64,000 nucleotides of DNA, taken from NCBI GenBank assembly GCA_963840855.1, contig CAWJBB010000085.1:101365-165364 (forward strand), written 5' to 3'. The position numbers were made by a program, and so were the translations under genes. Origin of the DNA: an uncultured delta proteobacterium (GTDB lineage: Bacteria; Desulfobacterota; Binatia; UBA9968). Below are positions 9,900-19,096 of the stretch, in pieces. How positions within the stretch are numbered: the stretch's first letter is position 1; every line of letters begins with the position of its first letter. The notes below the pieces were generated by a model. It ran no database searches. It was not told the origin of the DNA and was given only the letters and a program-made list of their open reading frames with translations.

Positions 9900-10610
9900 A
9901 TGTGCGGCCGTTATACCTATTTTCCTCGTGAATTTTCCGACCTTCGCCTTACTTGGAATGTCGATGAAGTGTTCGGCTTAAAGCCCCGCTATAACATCGC
10001 TCCAACTCAAGAAGCGCCCGTGATCGTTCAAGCCGCGGGAAAACGAACCCTCGAGCTGTTCCGCTGGGGATTGATCCCATGGTGGGCCAAAGATCCGGCC
10101 ATCGGAAACAGGATGATCAACGCCCGCGCTGAAACGCTCGCCGAGAAACCGGCATTCAAGGACCTGTTAGGAAAGCGTCGCTGTCTCGTTCTAGCGGACG
10201 GCTTTTACGAGTGGCGCAGGGAGGGAAAGCGGAAAATTCCTATGCGTTTTAAGCTCAAGTCTGATGAGCCGTTTGCGTTCGCCGGCCTATGGGATTCGTG
10301 GAAGCAACCGGACGGACGCCTTCTGCGCACGTACACGATTGTGACGACGGAGCCCAACGATGTGCTGCGCCCGATCCACAATCGGATGCCCGTGATGCTA
10401 ACCAATGACGATGCGCGAAGATGGCTTGCTGTTGACCAGATTAGCCACGCCCTCAGTTTGTTGAAGCCTTACCCCGCGGATGCTATGGAAGGCTACGACG
10501 TACCACCGCTCGTGAATGATCCTCGAAACGATTCGCCGGAATGTGTGGGGCCAGTTGAAGGATTGAACGCCGATGATGGAACGATACAAGGGCTATTGGA
10601 TTTCCGGTGA
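9900..10610 (+). CDS. SOS response-associated peptidase (SRAP/YedK family)
   Basis: MCGRY start, RYNIAPTQ, WGLIP, INARAET, RCLVLADGFYEW, HNRMPV. Confidence 0.95.
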   Translation: MCGRYTYFPREFSDLRLTWNVDEVFGLKPRYNIAPTQEAPVIVQAAGKRTLELFRWGLIPWWAKDPAIGNRMINARAETLAEKPAFKDLLGKRRCLVLADGFYEWRREGKRKIPMRFKLKSDEPFAFAGLWDSWKQPDGRLLRTYTIVTTEPNDVLRPIHNRMPVMLTNDDARRWLAVDQISHALSLLKPYPADAMEGYDVPPLVNDPRNDSPECVGPVEGLNADDGTIQGLLDFR

Positions 10611-10824
10611 CGCTATCCCTGGCCCGCCGTATACTCGCTATTGGGAAACGCTCGGGACGGTTCTCAAAGACGGCCGCAAGGGCTCGGTTGTCGAAGTCAC
10701 GCGGCTTCAGGATCCCGGCATCAAGTTCGAATTCGACTTGGCGGGATTCGCCGAGATTTACGGGATGGCATTCGCCGAGATCTACGTCGACCATTGTCTG
10801 CCGCAAGGGAGCGGCCCCACGTAA
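10576..10824 (+). CDS. Small hypothetical protein
   Basis: Protein-like composition (MERYKGYWISG...AEIYVDHCL); overlaps the SRAP tail. Confidence 0.55.
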   Translation: MERYKGYWISGDAIPGPPYTRYWETLGTVLKDGRKGSVVEVTRLQDPGIKFEFDLAGFAEIYGMAFAEIYVDHCLPQGSGPT

Positions 10825-11195
10825 TCGCATTTCTGATTGTCCCAGCAAAGCCGTGGCGGCTTATTTGGATTACTGGGGTCGTGTTGGCGCTGGTCTTGAC
10901 CGTTGTTTTGGCGATCGGTTGATGCAGACGTATTGGAATGGCTTACCAATGTCAAGCGGGGGGTCGCATAAATCCTCCGAACGTTTGAGATTTCAATCAC
11001 AGAAAACGCAGCCATGTGCCAGGAAGGAGTTGTCTGGACATTCGCACGAACGCGGCATGAATACTTCGATGAGCGGTTAACTCACGACGCTGACCCGCGT
11101 CGGAACGGAATCGTTAGGTGAGACCCGGCTAGGGCGTGGAACGGACCTGCAGCCGTGAGAAAGAGAAAGTGAGTAAATCAGATTTACCAGGCACG

Positions 11196-11831
11196 CTAGA
11201 TTTTCGGAATCCGTAACGTTTTGCTGATCATCACGGTTCCAGACAGAGCGAATAGCAAGACCAGCGGATGGAAGTCCCAGGGGCCTAATGTCCAGATGCC
11301 CCAATAAAGGTTCTCATCGAGCCGACCCGCCCAGCCAGCGTGCGCCAGCACACCGACCAGAAGCACACTTGTAGGTATCGGTGTACCTTCGTAATAGGGA
11401 ACTTTGTCCTTGCCTTTCGCGAGGGCCTCAGCGGTGATGTTATAGCGGGCCAACCGACTCACTCCGCAGCAAACGAAGTAAATAAGCACTATCCAGTCCC
11501 AGCCACCACGCAACCCGGCGGCGAATCCAATTGCCGCGGGCACGACCCCGAATGAGATGATGTCGGCGAGTGAATCCAGCTCGCGCCCAAGCGCCGAGTG
11601 AGTATGTCGTTGCCGTGCCACACGCCCATCGAAGACATCGAATATTAACGCCGCCGGCACCAAGGCTGTGGCTACGAAGAAGTGGGTCAGGGACTGGCTG
11701 CCCACGTAAGTCATGGCGCAGAAAACGCCCGCCATGCCGCACGCTGCATTGGCCAGAGTGAAAAAGTCGGCCAAATGAAACTCGCGGATCATCGAGAAGT
11801 GTTTGGGATAGTCGGCTGAGGAGCGCATCAT
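11196..11831 (-). CDS. pssA: CDP-alcohol phosphatidyltransferase (phosphatidylserine synthase-like)
   Basis: DVFDGRVAR...GRELDSLADIISFG, RLARYN, YEGTPIP. Confidence 0.85.
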   Translation of the reverse strand: MMRSSADYPKHFSMIREFHLADFFTLANAACGMAGVFCAMTYVGSQSLTHFFVATALVPAALIFDVFDGRVARQRHTHSALGRELDSLADIISFGVVPAAIGFAAGLRGGWDWIVLIYFVCCGVSRLARYNITAEALAKGKDKVPYYEGTPIPTSVLLVGVLAHAGWAGRLDENLYWGIWTLGPWDFHPLVLLFALSGTVMISKTLRIPKI

Positions 11832-11893
11832 TTCTACAGTATAAAACGATGCACGATGAACGAGAAGCGTAGACAGATTTATTTCTTCGCACC

Positions 11894-12112
11894 CTAACTT
11901 CGTTCGCCCTTGTCAAACCAAAGGCCGTGACACAACCGGCAGATGTCGAGATCCACGCCCTCATAAGTCACCGCTTCGAGTCTGCAGGGACACCTCGGGC
12001 ACCGAGCCTGCTTGTGACTTTCGACAGCGGAGCCAACTGGCGAGTGAGCGACCTCCCGATCGTCTTTACCAGCTTTCATTTCAGCTATTGGCTCGAAAAA
12101 GCTCGCCCTCAA
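11894..12112 (-). pseudogene. zf-TFIIB-like zinc-ribbon fragment
   Basis: CPRC...VDLDICRLCHGLWFDKGE then early stop. Confidence 0.55.
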
Positions 12113-12513
12113 AATTTACTTTCTTCTCACAGTCTCTGTCGAGAACGCCGAGGCGGGCTATCACAGTGGCGCCTCCGTGGCGTACACCCAAGAGAAAGGC
12201 ATCGACGCCTACATTGCCGACCGCAGCCATCGCCAGCGGGATCCTGCGTTTGATCGGTATAAACTGATGGCGGGAACAAAAGCGGAGTGATCTACGCTCG
12301 CAGGAATCTATCCTTGTGAAACTCGCGTGAAGGGCATTTGCCGCCCAAAAACGTCATGATTACGAGGTAGCCACAAATTCATGGGCGTGCCTAAGTCGAG
12401 GGCGTAGGGAGGAACCGACGGCACTGCGCTCGAAAGGGTATGGCCCTTCCCCGTCTCCATCATCAAAAATATCACTTGCTTGCCCGCGACCGTCCTGATA
12501 GGAACATGGTCCC

Positions 12514-12726
12514 TTGTCAATTCGACTATACAAAGACCGCCTTGTAGTTTGGACGGTCCTACACGATAAGCAAACCGACTCCTGGAAGCCTGCAATAACG
12601 GTTTCGTGGACGGTTGATCGCAAATACAAATTTCATCGATTCAACGGACTGCCTCAAACTTCGCACGCTGCCGCGCTGGCTCTAGGAAAACAGCTGGCCG
12701 AGGCCTGGGTGGACAAGGAACAATAG
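12514..12726 (+). CDS. Small hypothetical protein
   Basis: RLYKDRLVV...LGKQLAEAWVDKEQ; start uncertain. Confidence 0.5.
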   Translation: MSIRLYKDRLVVWTVLHDKQTDSWKPAITVSWTVDRKYKFHRFNGLPQTSHAAALALGKQLAEAWVDKEQ

Positions 12727-12930
12727 GGAGGGAATCGAGAATAACTGACAGGCATTTGCAGAGCGCCACTTAACATCAACACCAGATCAACGTCCATGCA
12801 TGCATCGCTGACGCATTTACGACGGGGTTTCGCTTGAAGCGCAGCCGCGCGCGTAGATTGACTTTCGCCTACGATTTGATTTACTACAGAGCGTACTTGA
12901 GACGGTCTGACAACGCTAGAGTTTACACCA

Positions 12931-12996
12931 ATGTGCGGCCGTTACACCTATTTTCCCCGTAAATTTTCCGACCTCCGCCTTACCTGGAAAGTCGAT
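12931..12996 (+). pseudogene. 5' fragment of a second SRAP gene
   Basis: MCGRYTYFPRKFSDLRLTWKVD nearly identical to the first 22 codons at 9900. Confidence 0.85.
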
Positions 12997-13221
12997 TCAA
13001 TCTCGATCTTAAGGCCCCCCGTTAATATTGCCGGCTGTAGCGGGTCAATTGTCGAAGTCGAATCCCTCATACCCAAACCGTTCGAATTAGACGAAGTCGT
13101 GAGCATTGTTGGTCTCACCCGGCATGACTCCACAGCGCTGGGCGGAGGGCTTCGGTTCGGCGCCCTTGCCTTATTGGTCGGTAATAACATGGCGGGGTAA
13201 CGAAAAGAGGACAATCTACCT

Positions 13222-13527
13222 ATGGCTACCATATGGTTCTGTAGGGAAGGTGAGATTCAGGTCGGACCACCGATCGCGCAAAGAAGCATTGATTGGTGTG
13301 TAAAAAACTTGGGTCTGCAAGCGAGCAACTGGATGGCTGGTCCAAAACAGACACACTTGGTAATTGGCCAGAAAAGTCCCCTGGGAGCGCTTGGAGAATA
13401 TCGTTTTGTTGTTGTGGAAATCGACGATGACGACGTCGACGCCGGTGTGAAGGGTTGGAAAATGGGTTATTACTTGCTGGAAATACAACCGCGCGATGCC
13501 AGACGGATTATAAATACAATCCCTTAG
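13222..13527 (+). CDS. Hypothetical protein
   Basis: AGAGGA RBS, ATG start, 101 aa protein-like ORF. Confidence 0.6.
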   Translation: MATIWFCREGEIQVGPPIAQRSIDWCVKNLGLQASNWMAGPKQTHLVIGQKSPLGALGEYRFVVVEIDDDDVDAGVKGWKMGYYLLEIQPRDARRIINTIP

Positions 13528-13615
13528 CGTCAAGGACGAAAGGGGGGCCTACCTTAACCGGCGCCCCTCGCGCTCTCACCTACGAACCACCCGCTTGATT
13601 CCGTTCAGCGAGGCA

Positions 13616-13864
13616 TTAAGCAGTTGCCAGCGTGCTTCCGGCTTTGTCCGTCCATACCCGGGTCCGCCAGCGCGTTTTTAATTGCTCAAATGGCCATTGT
13701 TCACGGGCGTGTAGGGCCAAAAACTCAAGCGCCGCTAAAACTCTGGTCCCGTCGCGCACATCTTCTTCCCGGCAGCGGCTGACGGCCTCTTCGAGCCGCG
13801 CAAGGGCTCGTTTGATTCGGCGGCGCTCCACATCTTTACTGGCCTGGCCATTATCTCGGTTCAT
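13616..13864 (-). CDS. Hypothetical protein (possibly frameshifted)
   Basis: ATG start, helical charged sequence. Confidence 0.35.
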   Translation of the reverse strand: MNRDNGQASKDVERRRIKRALARLEEAVSRCREEDVRDGTRVLAALEFLALHAREQWPFEQLKTRWRTRVWTDKAGSTLATA

Positions 13865-13947
13865 TGAGACGCCTTTAGTGCACGATAGCCATGAGTACTG
13901 AAGATAATTTCAGGTTTCAAGCCTGAGCCTATACCCATTTGCTCGGT

Positions 13948-13979
13948 GATTTGTCCGTTGCGTGGTTCAGTTCAATCCT
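13948..13979 (+). repeat. Module-boundary site copy 5 (right half only)
   Basis: GATTTGTCCGTTGCGTGGTTCAGTTCAATCCT, 1 mismatch to copy 1. Confidence 0.9.
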
Positions 13980-14036
13980 AGCCGATATTCCAGTTCTTGA
14001 CGCTGTTAGTTCCGAGGGACTAAGGTTAGCGGCACC

Positions 14037-14295
14037 GTGAACTGCCATTATTGCCAGGCCCAGAATTCAGGCGACGCCATATTCTGCGAGAGCTGCGGCT
14101 CTCGGCTTGAAGTCGCCTGCCCACATTGCGCGACGGCAAACCGGGTGAGCGCGAGGTTTTGCAGAAAGTGTGGCCAGCAACTGCTCGAAACGCCCCGGCA
14201 TCGCTGGCAATCGAAGGAAAGTTCGCTTCCGTCGAAACTTACACTCCGAAGCAGCATCTCGCTGAAAAGATTCTCAATTCGAAAAGTACTCTCTT
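14037..14295 (+). pseudogene. Double zinc-ribbon N-terminal fragment (adenylate/guanylate cyclase-ATPase type)
   Basis: CHYC...FCESCG...CPHC...FCRKCG, then YTPK-HLAEKILNS in a shifted frame, then truncated. Confidence 0.7.
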
Positions 14296-14310
14296 GGATA
14301 ACTACGAAAA

Positions 14311-15552
14311 GTGAACTGCAGACCGTTACTAGGTGAATTCAACTCGGCGGCGTTATGGGGAGGTTTGACAGCCTTTTTGTGGTACGTCTTTGGCGCGGTG
14401 CCGCTATTCATAGCTGTGTCGCAGCAATTAGCTCTTTCGACTGCACAGACGTCGACATGGCTTTTCATTGCCTATTTTAGCGGTGCTGTTTCAACAATTG
14501 TAATTTCGTTCCATTTTCGACAGCCCATTCCTATCGCGTGGACTATCCCCGGTTTAATCTATCTTGGAACGCTCGCCGACCGTTTTAGCTTTCCGGAAAT
14601 CGTCGGTGCGAATCTCGTCAGCGGATTGCTGATGCTTGTAATGGGAATGTTGGGTGTTGGAGGGCGGATAATGAGATGGGTTCCGCTTCCGATCATTATG
14701 GGGATGTTTGCTGGTAGCATTCTAGGGTATGTAACGCGTCTGGTTGCCGCTACGGTCGATGATGTCGCGGTGGCTGGAGCGGCAGTTGGATGCTATTTGC
14801 TCGGAAGACTCCTTGATAAGCCCAGTGTACCTCCAGTGGGTTTAGCAGTTGTCGGGGGCGGCATTGCAGTTGCGCTGGTCGGAACGGCGACAGCTCAGCC
14901 TGTAGATTGGACGCTGCCTGTGCTTGCCATGCCTGAAATGGCTTTTTCGTTTGCAGCTGTCATTGCGGTGAGTTTACCGATGGTTGTCCTTTCGATGGGT
15001 CTTGGCAACGTCCAGGGGATCGGGTTCTTATTGGCGCAGGGCTATGCTGTTCCCGTCAATACGGTTTCAACTGTGGTAGGGATAAACTCGGTTATAAACG
15101 CACTGTTGGGTGGCCATCCTGCGACTGTGGCAAGGACAAGCGTAGCTATAATTGCATCTCCGGATTCCGGTCCTGTATCTGGTCGATATTGGGCTGCCAT
15201 CATCTCGGCTTTATTGACGGTCTTTTTGGCTTTCGCGGCTAGCCCTGTTGCCTCTCTTTTGAAAGTGCTGCCGAAGACCTACATCTTCGCACTTGCCGGC
15301 CTTGCCATAGTATCTTCGCTTCAGGATGCTTTGGAGAAGGCGTTAATGGGCAAGATGCGCTTTGGTGCCTTGGTAGCCTTTGCGGTCGCGACAACACCGT
15401 TTGCTATTGCTGGAATCACGTCGGCGTTTTGGGCGATCATCGTGGGATTAGTAGCCTCGCTATTGGTAGAGCCAAAACAGATTTTCGAATTCTGGGCCCG
15501 AAACGAATCGTCTAATACTCCACTTCAGACCATCACTACAAGCGACAGCTAA
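14311..15552 (+). CDS. benE: Benzoate/H+ symporter BenE-family transporter
   Basis: Multi-TM; FRQPIPIAWTIPG, GNVQGIGFL, ALAGLA, ITSAFWAII. Confidence 0.8.
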   Translation: MNCRPLLGEFNSAALWGGLTAFLWYVFGAVPLFIAVSQQLALSTAQTSTWLFIAYFSGAVSTIVISFHFRQPIPIAWTIPGLIYLGTLADRFSFPEIVGANLVSGLLMLVMGMLGVGGRIMRWVPLPIIMGMFAGSILGYVTRLVAATVDDVAVAGAAVGCYLLGRLLDKPSVPPVGLAVVGGGIAVALVGTATAQPVDWTLPVLAMPEMAFSFAAVIAVSLPMVVLSMGLGNVQGIGFLLAQGYAVPVNTVSTVVGINSVINALLGGHPATVARTSVAIIASPDSGPVSGRYWAAIISALLTVFLAFAASPVASLLKVLPKTYIFALAGLAIVSSLQDALEKALMGKMRFGALVAFAVATTPFAIAGITSAFWAIIVGLVASLLVEPKQIFEFWARNESSNTPLQTITTSDS

Positions 15553-15667
15553 GCATGTTAAGTGGTAGAGAACGCCTACTACCGTTGTTCAATGCGCGCC
15601 CCAAGCCGTCGACGCTTCGCACCCGGCGAAAGGGCCGTGAACTTGTCTCGTTGTTTTTGACACTACC

Positions 15668-15727
15668 TTGATTTCTCCGACGACCTAAACAATCCAGTTC
15701 AAGCCGTTGCGTCGTTCAGTTCAATCT
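15668..15727 (+). repeat. Module-boundary site copy 6 (left arm eroded)
   Basis: TTGATTTCTCC...CCGTTGCGTCGTTCAGTTCAATCT. Confidence 0.8.
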
Positions 15728-16090
15728 CACCCTGTAGGCTCCGTGATTTGTAGGCTTGCCATGCGACGCCCTTTGGTCAGTCTCGGACGCTTTTCCGACA
15801 CGCTTAGAGCAGCCGTTGGACTTGCTGAGTTACGGCTCGCTGAGTGCTCGGTTGCATGCTCCGCCGGACTAGGAATGATTTTACCCCGCAACTTCGCGTT
15901 CGGCGCCAGCACGCCATGGAAGCGGCCTGCCCTGAGCCTGTCGAACGGGATCAGATGTAAGCGCGGACGGGGCACCAGCGCGGCCAGGCGCTGCATGAAC
16001 TCCAGCGGGGACATGACAACATGGGTGGTGCCGTCCTTGAACGCGCTCTTCAGTTGCAACGCCACTTGGCCGGCGCAACTGCGCTTGTCG
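15727..16090 (-). pseudogene. IS91/ISCR-family (HUH Y2) transposase internal fragment
   Basis: LQLKSAFKDGTTHVVMSPLEFMQRLAALVPRPRLHLI...RFHGVLAPNAKLR. Confidence 0.88.
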
Positions 16091-16344
16091 CCCCGTTAGC
16101 TGATCGGTGGTGCGATGGCGATCTCTCACGCCGAATTCGTTTCATTCATTTGCAGGTTATCCTCTCGTTGTCGCTTACGTTTTGCCTCTGACTCCGACCC
16201 CGCTTCGCGGATCGCCGTGATAATCAAGTAAAAATCGCCCGCGGAGTTTGAGCCCCGCGCGCGCCCCAAGGGGATGCTCGCCCCCTTTCGGTCATACTTT
16301 CGTGGATTCTGTTTTTGGAAGAGTGGGCCCGGCGGGTTTTTGCG

Positions 16345-17469
16345 CTAGCCCCGCAACAGATTCTTCAGCAACAGTCGGACTTTTTCTTTGGTCGTGTTGG
16401 TAAACTCCCAGTCGTAGGTATCGAAGTATTTCACTCCTGGACGGGGGATGACTTCTGCTGGCAAGAACGACTCGTCGACATCATTGCGCGTGGTGGCGTG
16501 GAGCTGCGCGCGCGAAAATACTTCGGCGCCTTCCCTGGACGCGAGCCAGTTGAGAAACAGCCGCGCCGCGTTGGGATGAGGCGCGCGATTGGCGAGGGCG
16601 AGCAACCCCGACGCCGCGCCGAGCGTGTCCATCAGGTCCGGCAGCACCGGCTTGACGATCGGGAAGCCTTCTTTGCGCAGCCGCTCCACTTCGTCGCCGC
16701 GGGCGCCGAAGGAGATCGGATAGGTGCCGCGCGCCAGCCAGTCTTCCATTTGCCGCTTGTCGCGGCTAAACACCGGATTCTGATCGACTAGAAGATTTTT
16801 CACGAACTCCTCGCCGAATTGCACATAGAGCGCCGCGGCGGTGTTGCTGCCGGTGCCGGCGTCGGTGGGGTCGAACACGGAAATTTTGCCGCGCCATTTG
16901 GGCTTGAGCAGATCGCGCACCGATTTGATTTCGGCGAGGGGCACGAAACGAGTATTGATGAAAAATATGGAACTGGCGCTGTTGAACAAGCGCAAAACAT
17001 ATTGTTCCTCAGGATCGATGAACCAAAGCTTGCCGCCCTTCCATTTGGAGCGGTCGACCACTTCAGGCAGGATCAGCACAGGCTTAAGTGGGTCGATGAG
17101 TTTCTCTTTGTAAAACGCTCCCGACATGCTTTGCACACCGGCGGTGATCGCGTCGACGGAGTAAATCCCGGAGGCGCGTTCGAATTGCAGTTTGGTCGCC
17201 ATGTCGCTGCTCCGGCCGGCAAGATATTCCACGCGAATGCCGAAGCGGGCGGAAAATTTCTCGGGAATATGCTTGCGCATGAGCGGATCGGGCGCGCCGG
17301 CAAAAACGATTTTGCCTTCCTGCTTGGCCGCCGCCACCAGCTGATTCCACTTCGTCTCCCAACCCGGCTCCTGCGACCAGGTGTGTTGGGTGGTCGACAA
17401 GAGCGTCGAGCAAAAGACCAATGCCGGCAGCAGCATGAGAGTGAGCGAATTGTGCCGTCGGTTCGTCAT
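16345..17469 (-). CDS. ABC extracellular solute-binding protein (Fe3+/thiamine-like cluster)
   Basis: AGGAG RBS then MTNRRHN signal; AAAKQEGK, DLLKPKWRGKI, APHPNAARLFLNWLASREG. Confidence 0.9.
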   Translation of the reverse strand: MTNRRHNSLTLMLLPALVFCSTLLSTTQHTWSQEPGWETKWNQLVAAAKQEGKIVFAGAPDPLMRKHIPEKFSARFGIRVEYLAGRSSDMATKLQFERASGIYSVDAITAGVQSMSGAFYKEKLIDPLKPVLILPEVVDRSKWKGGKLWFIDPEEQYVLRLFNSASSIFFINTRFVPLAEIKSVRDLLKPKWRGKISVFDPTDAGTGSNTAAALYVQFGEEFVKNLLVDQNPVFSRDKRQMEDWLARGTYPISFGARGDEVERLRKEGFPIVKPVLPDLMDTLGAASGLLALANRAPHPNAARLFLNWLASREGAEVFSRAQLHATTRNDVDESFLPAEVIPRPGVKYFDTYDWEFTNTTKEKVRLLLKNLLRG

Positions 17470-17484
17470 TTCCACTCCTTTTAT

Positions 17485-17509
17485 GTAGAGGAAATTTAAA
17501 CCACCTTTT
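17485..17509 (-). mobile_element. oriIS-like end of IS91/ISCR element
   Basis: Minus strand AAAAGGTGGTTTAAATTTCCTCTAC resembles ISCR oriIS (GxxTTTxAAxTTCCTAT), about 190 bp downstream of the transposase stop. Confidence 0.65.
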
Positions 17510-17692
17510 TTCTGCCCGGAGCTATATCGCTGAACTGGCGAGCCTGTCAATCGTCGGAAAATCCCAATGTTGCTTCGGCTGGCTCGGAGGGCGCAGCGGT
17601 CGCAGGGGCGCGAAGTGTTCCAGATCGCGCCGCTCGCTCGCACTTAGGCGAAGCACCATCGTCGGCTAGCGTTGACAACCGGTTTGGGCGCC

Positions 17693-18222
17693 TCAGATTG
17701 TCTGAAATAGATCGAATCGCTGCGCTGGCGCGCGCGGCGGGGCGCGGGTGGGCAGGCCCAGATGGCTGAGAATTTTGACGATCACCGGCGGATCTTCGAT
17801 GGCCTGCCCTGAGCCTCGTCGAAGGGGCGGCGATGATCTTTAAACTGCCGCCGCAGTTCGGGCAGTGGTCGATGTCGAAGACCCGTTTGAGTAGCCTGGC
17901 CCAACTCATACGCGCCGGCGCACTGTGGGCGTTGGCGTGATCGCATGCGGGCTCGCTTACTTGCTCTGGCGGACTGGGAATGATTTCACTGCGCAACTTC
18001 GCGTTGGGCGCCACCACGCCATGGAAGCGGCCTGCCCTGAGCCTGTCGAACGGGATCAGATGTAAGCGCGGGCGGGGCACCAGCGCGGCCAGCCGCTGCA
18101 TGAATTCCAGCGGCGCCATGACGATATGGGTGGTGCCGTCTGGTATGCGCTCTTCAGTTGCAACACGACTCGCCGGCGCGGGTTACGCTTGGGCCGTTCA
18201 TTGGCGATCGCCGGGCGGTCGC
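17693..18222 (-). pseudogene. IS91/ISCR-family transposase 3' fragment
   Basis: RPAIANER...PLEFMQRLAALVPRPR...MSWARLLKRVFDIDHCPNCGGSLKIIAA-IEDPPVI...FDLFQTI*; several frameshifts. Confidence 0.9.
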
Positions 18223-18240
18223 AAGCATAACGTTAATCAT

Positions 18241-18312
18241 GTAATAGAATTGGATTCTCCAACTCTTCCGTAAGGCGCGAGACCGCATTGAGGCGTCGAT
18301 CAGTTCAATCCT
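18241..18312 (+). repeat. Module-boundary site copy 7 (full length, diverged)
   Basis: GTAATAGAATTGGATTCTCC...GCGTCGATCAGTTCAATCCT, 72 bp. Confidence 0.75.
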
Positions 18313-18487
18313 ACGGCAATAACAGAACTTGACTCTGGCCTTGCAGTCGAAATAGGCTGCGGGCCGATAGTGGGATAGGCCGCCATGCTGCGCGGCTTTT
18401 GACGGTCAGGAATATTCTCAATGCGTTGGAATAGTGGATGATGTTAAGAGCAATTTATTGTTTTATGAGCAAGTCGCGTTCGGAGCG

Positions 18488-18526
18488 TTTGTCGGTCTCC
18501 TACGACAGCTCACTCAATAGTTAGCC
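18488..18526 (+). other. attI-like recombination site
   Basis: TTTGTCG...CCTACGACAGCTCACTCAATAGTTAGCC, homologous to 340-377. Confidence 0.6.
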
Positions 18527-18563
18527 GTCACAAAGACGGTATCGCGTCGCTGCGGAGGTCACG

Positions 18564-18968
18564 ATGAAAGTCCAAGGGTCATGCCATTGTGGTCAAGTCA
18601 CCTACGAGGCGGAGGTCGATCCAGAGAAAGTAAGCCTGTGTAACTGCGCAGATTGTCAAATGCTCACGGGATCTGCGTTCCGCGTGTCGGTCCCTGCGCC
18701 CGCGGCCACGTTTCAATTGTTGACGGGTCAGCCAAAGGTCTACGTCAAGACCGCGGACAGTGGAACGAAGCGTAGGCACTCGTTCTGCTCAAACTGTGGC
18801 ACACCCGTCTCTGCAAGCGCGGACACAGAAGCTCCACCGAGCTATTCCTTGCGAGTGGGTTGCCTGAAGCAACGAGCGCAGTTGCCGCCGAGGAGGCGCA
18901 TATGGTGCAAGTCAGCGTTGGACTGGGCGCAGAATGTAAGCGGTGTGCCAGGCATCGAGGTCCAATGA
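18564..18968 (+). CDS. GFA-family (CENP-V-like) Zn protein, gene cassette
   Basis: GSCHCG, CNCADCQ, FCSNCGTP; GGAGG RBS; followed by attC. Confidence 0.92.
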   Translation: MKVQGSCHCGQVTYEAEVDPEKVSLCNCADCQMLTGSAFRVSVPAPAATFQLLTGQPKVYVKTADSGTKRRHSFCSNCGTPVSASADTEAPPSYSLRVGCLKQRAQLPPRRRIWCKSALDWAQNVSGVPGIEVQ

Positions 18969-18978
18969 AAGGTGGGCC

Positions 18979-19028
18979 GCGTAACTCCTTCATCGAGAGG
19001 ACGCGTCCCTCATGTCGAACGGTTAGCG
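18979..19028 (+). other. Short attC site (50 bp, central loop missing)
   Basis: GCGTAAC-TCCTTCATCGAGAGGACG/CGTCCCTCATGTCGAAC-GGTTAGCG. Confidence 0.65.
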
Positions 19029-19030
19029 CT

Positions 19031-19055
19031 CAAATTGAATTGATTTCTCCGACGA
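19031..19055 (+). repeat. Module-boundary site copy 8 (left half)
   Basis: CAAATTGAATTGATTTCTCCGACGA; shares TTGATTTCTCCGACGA with copy 6. Confidence 0.7.
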
Positions 19056-19096
19056 TTGGATCCCAACGACAAATAACATTGCGGAGGTGATCTAGA

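Noticed and set aside
10559-10568. AGGATTGAAC matching the site's left arm at the SRAP 3' end (also AGGATTGAA at 6331)
   Set aside because: Only 9-10 bp, inside coding sequence, with no following TGAATTCTCC; could be chance.
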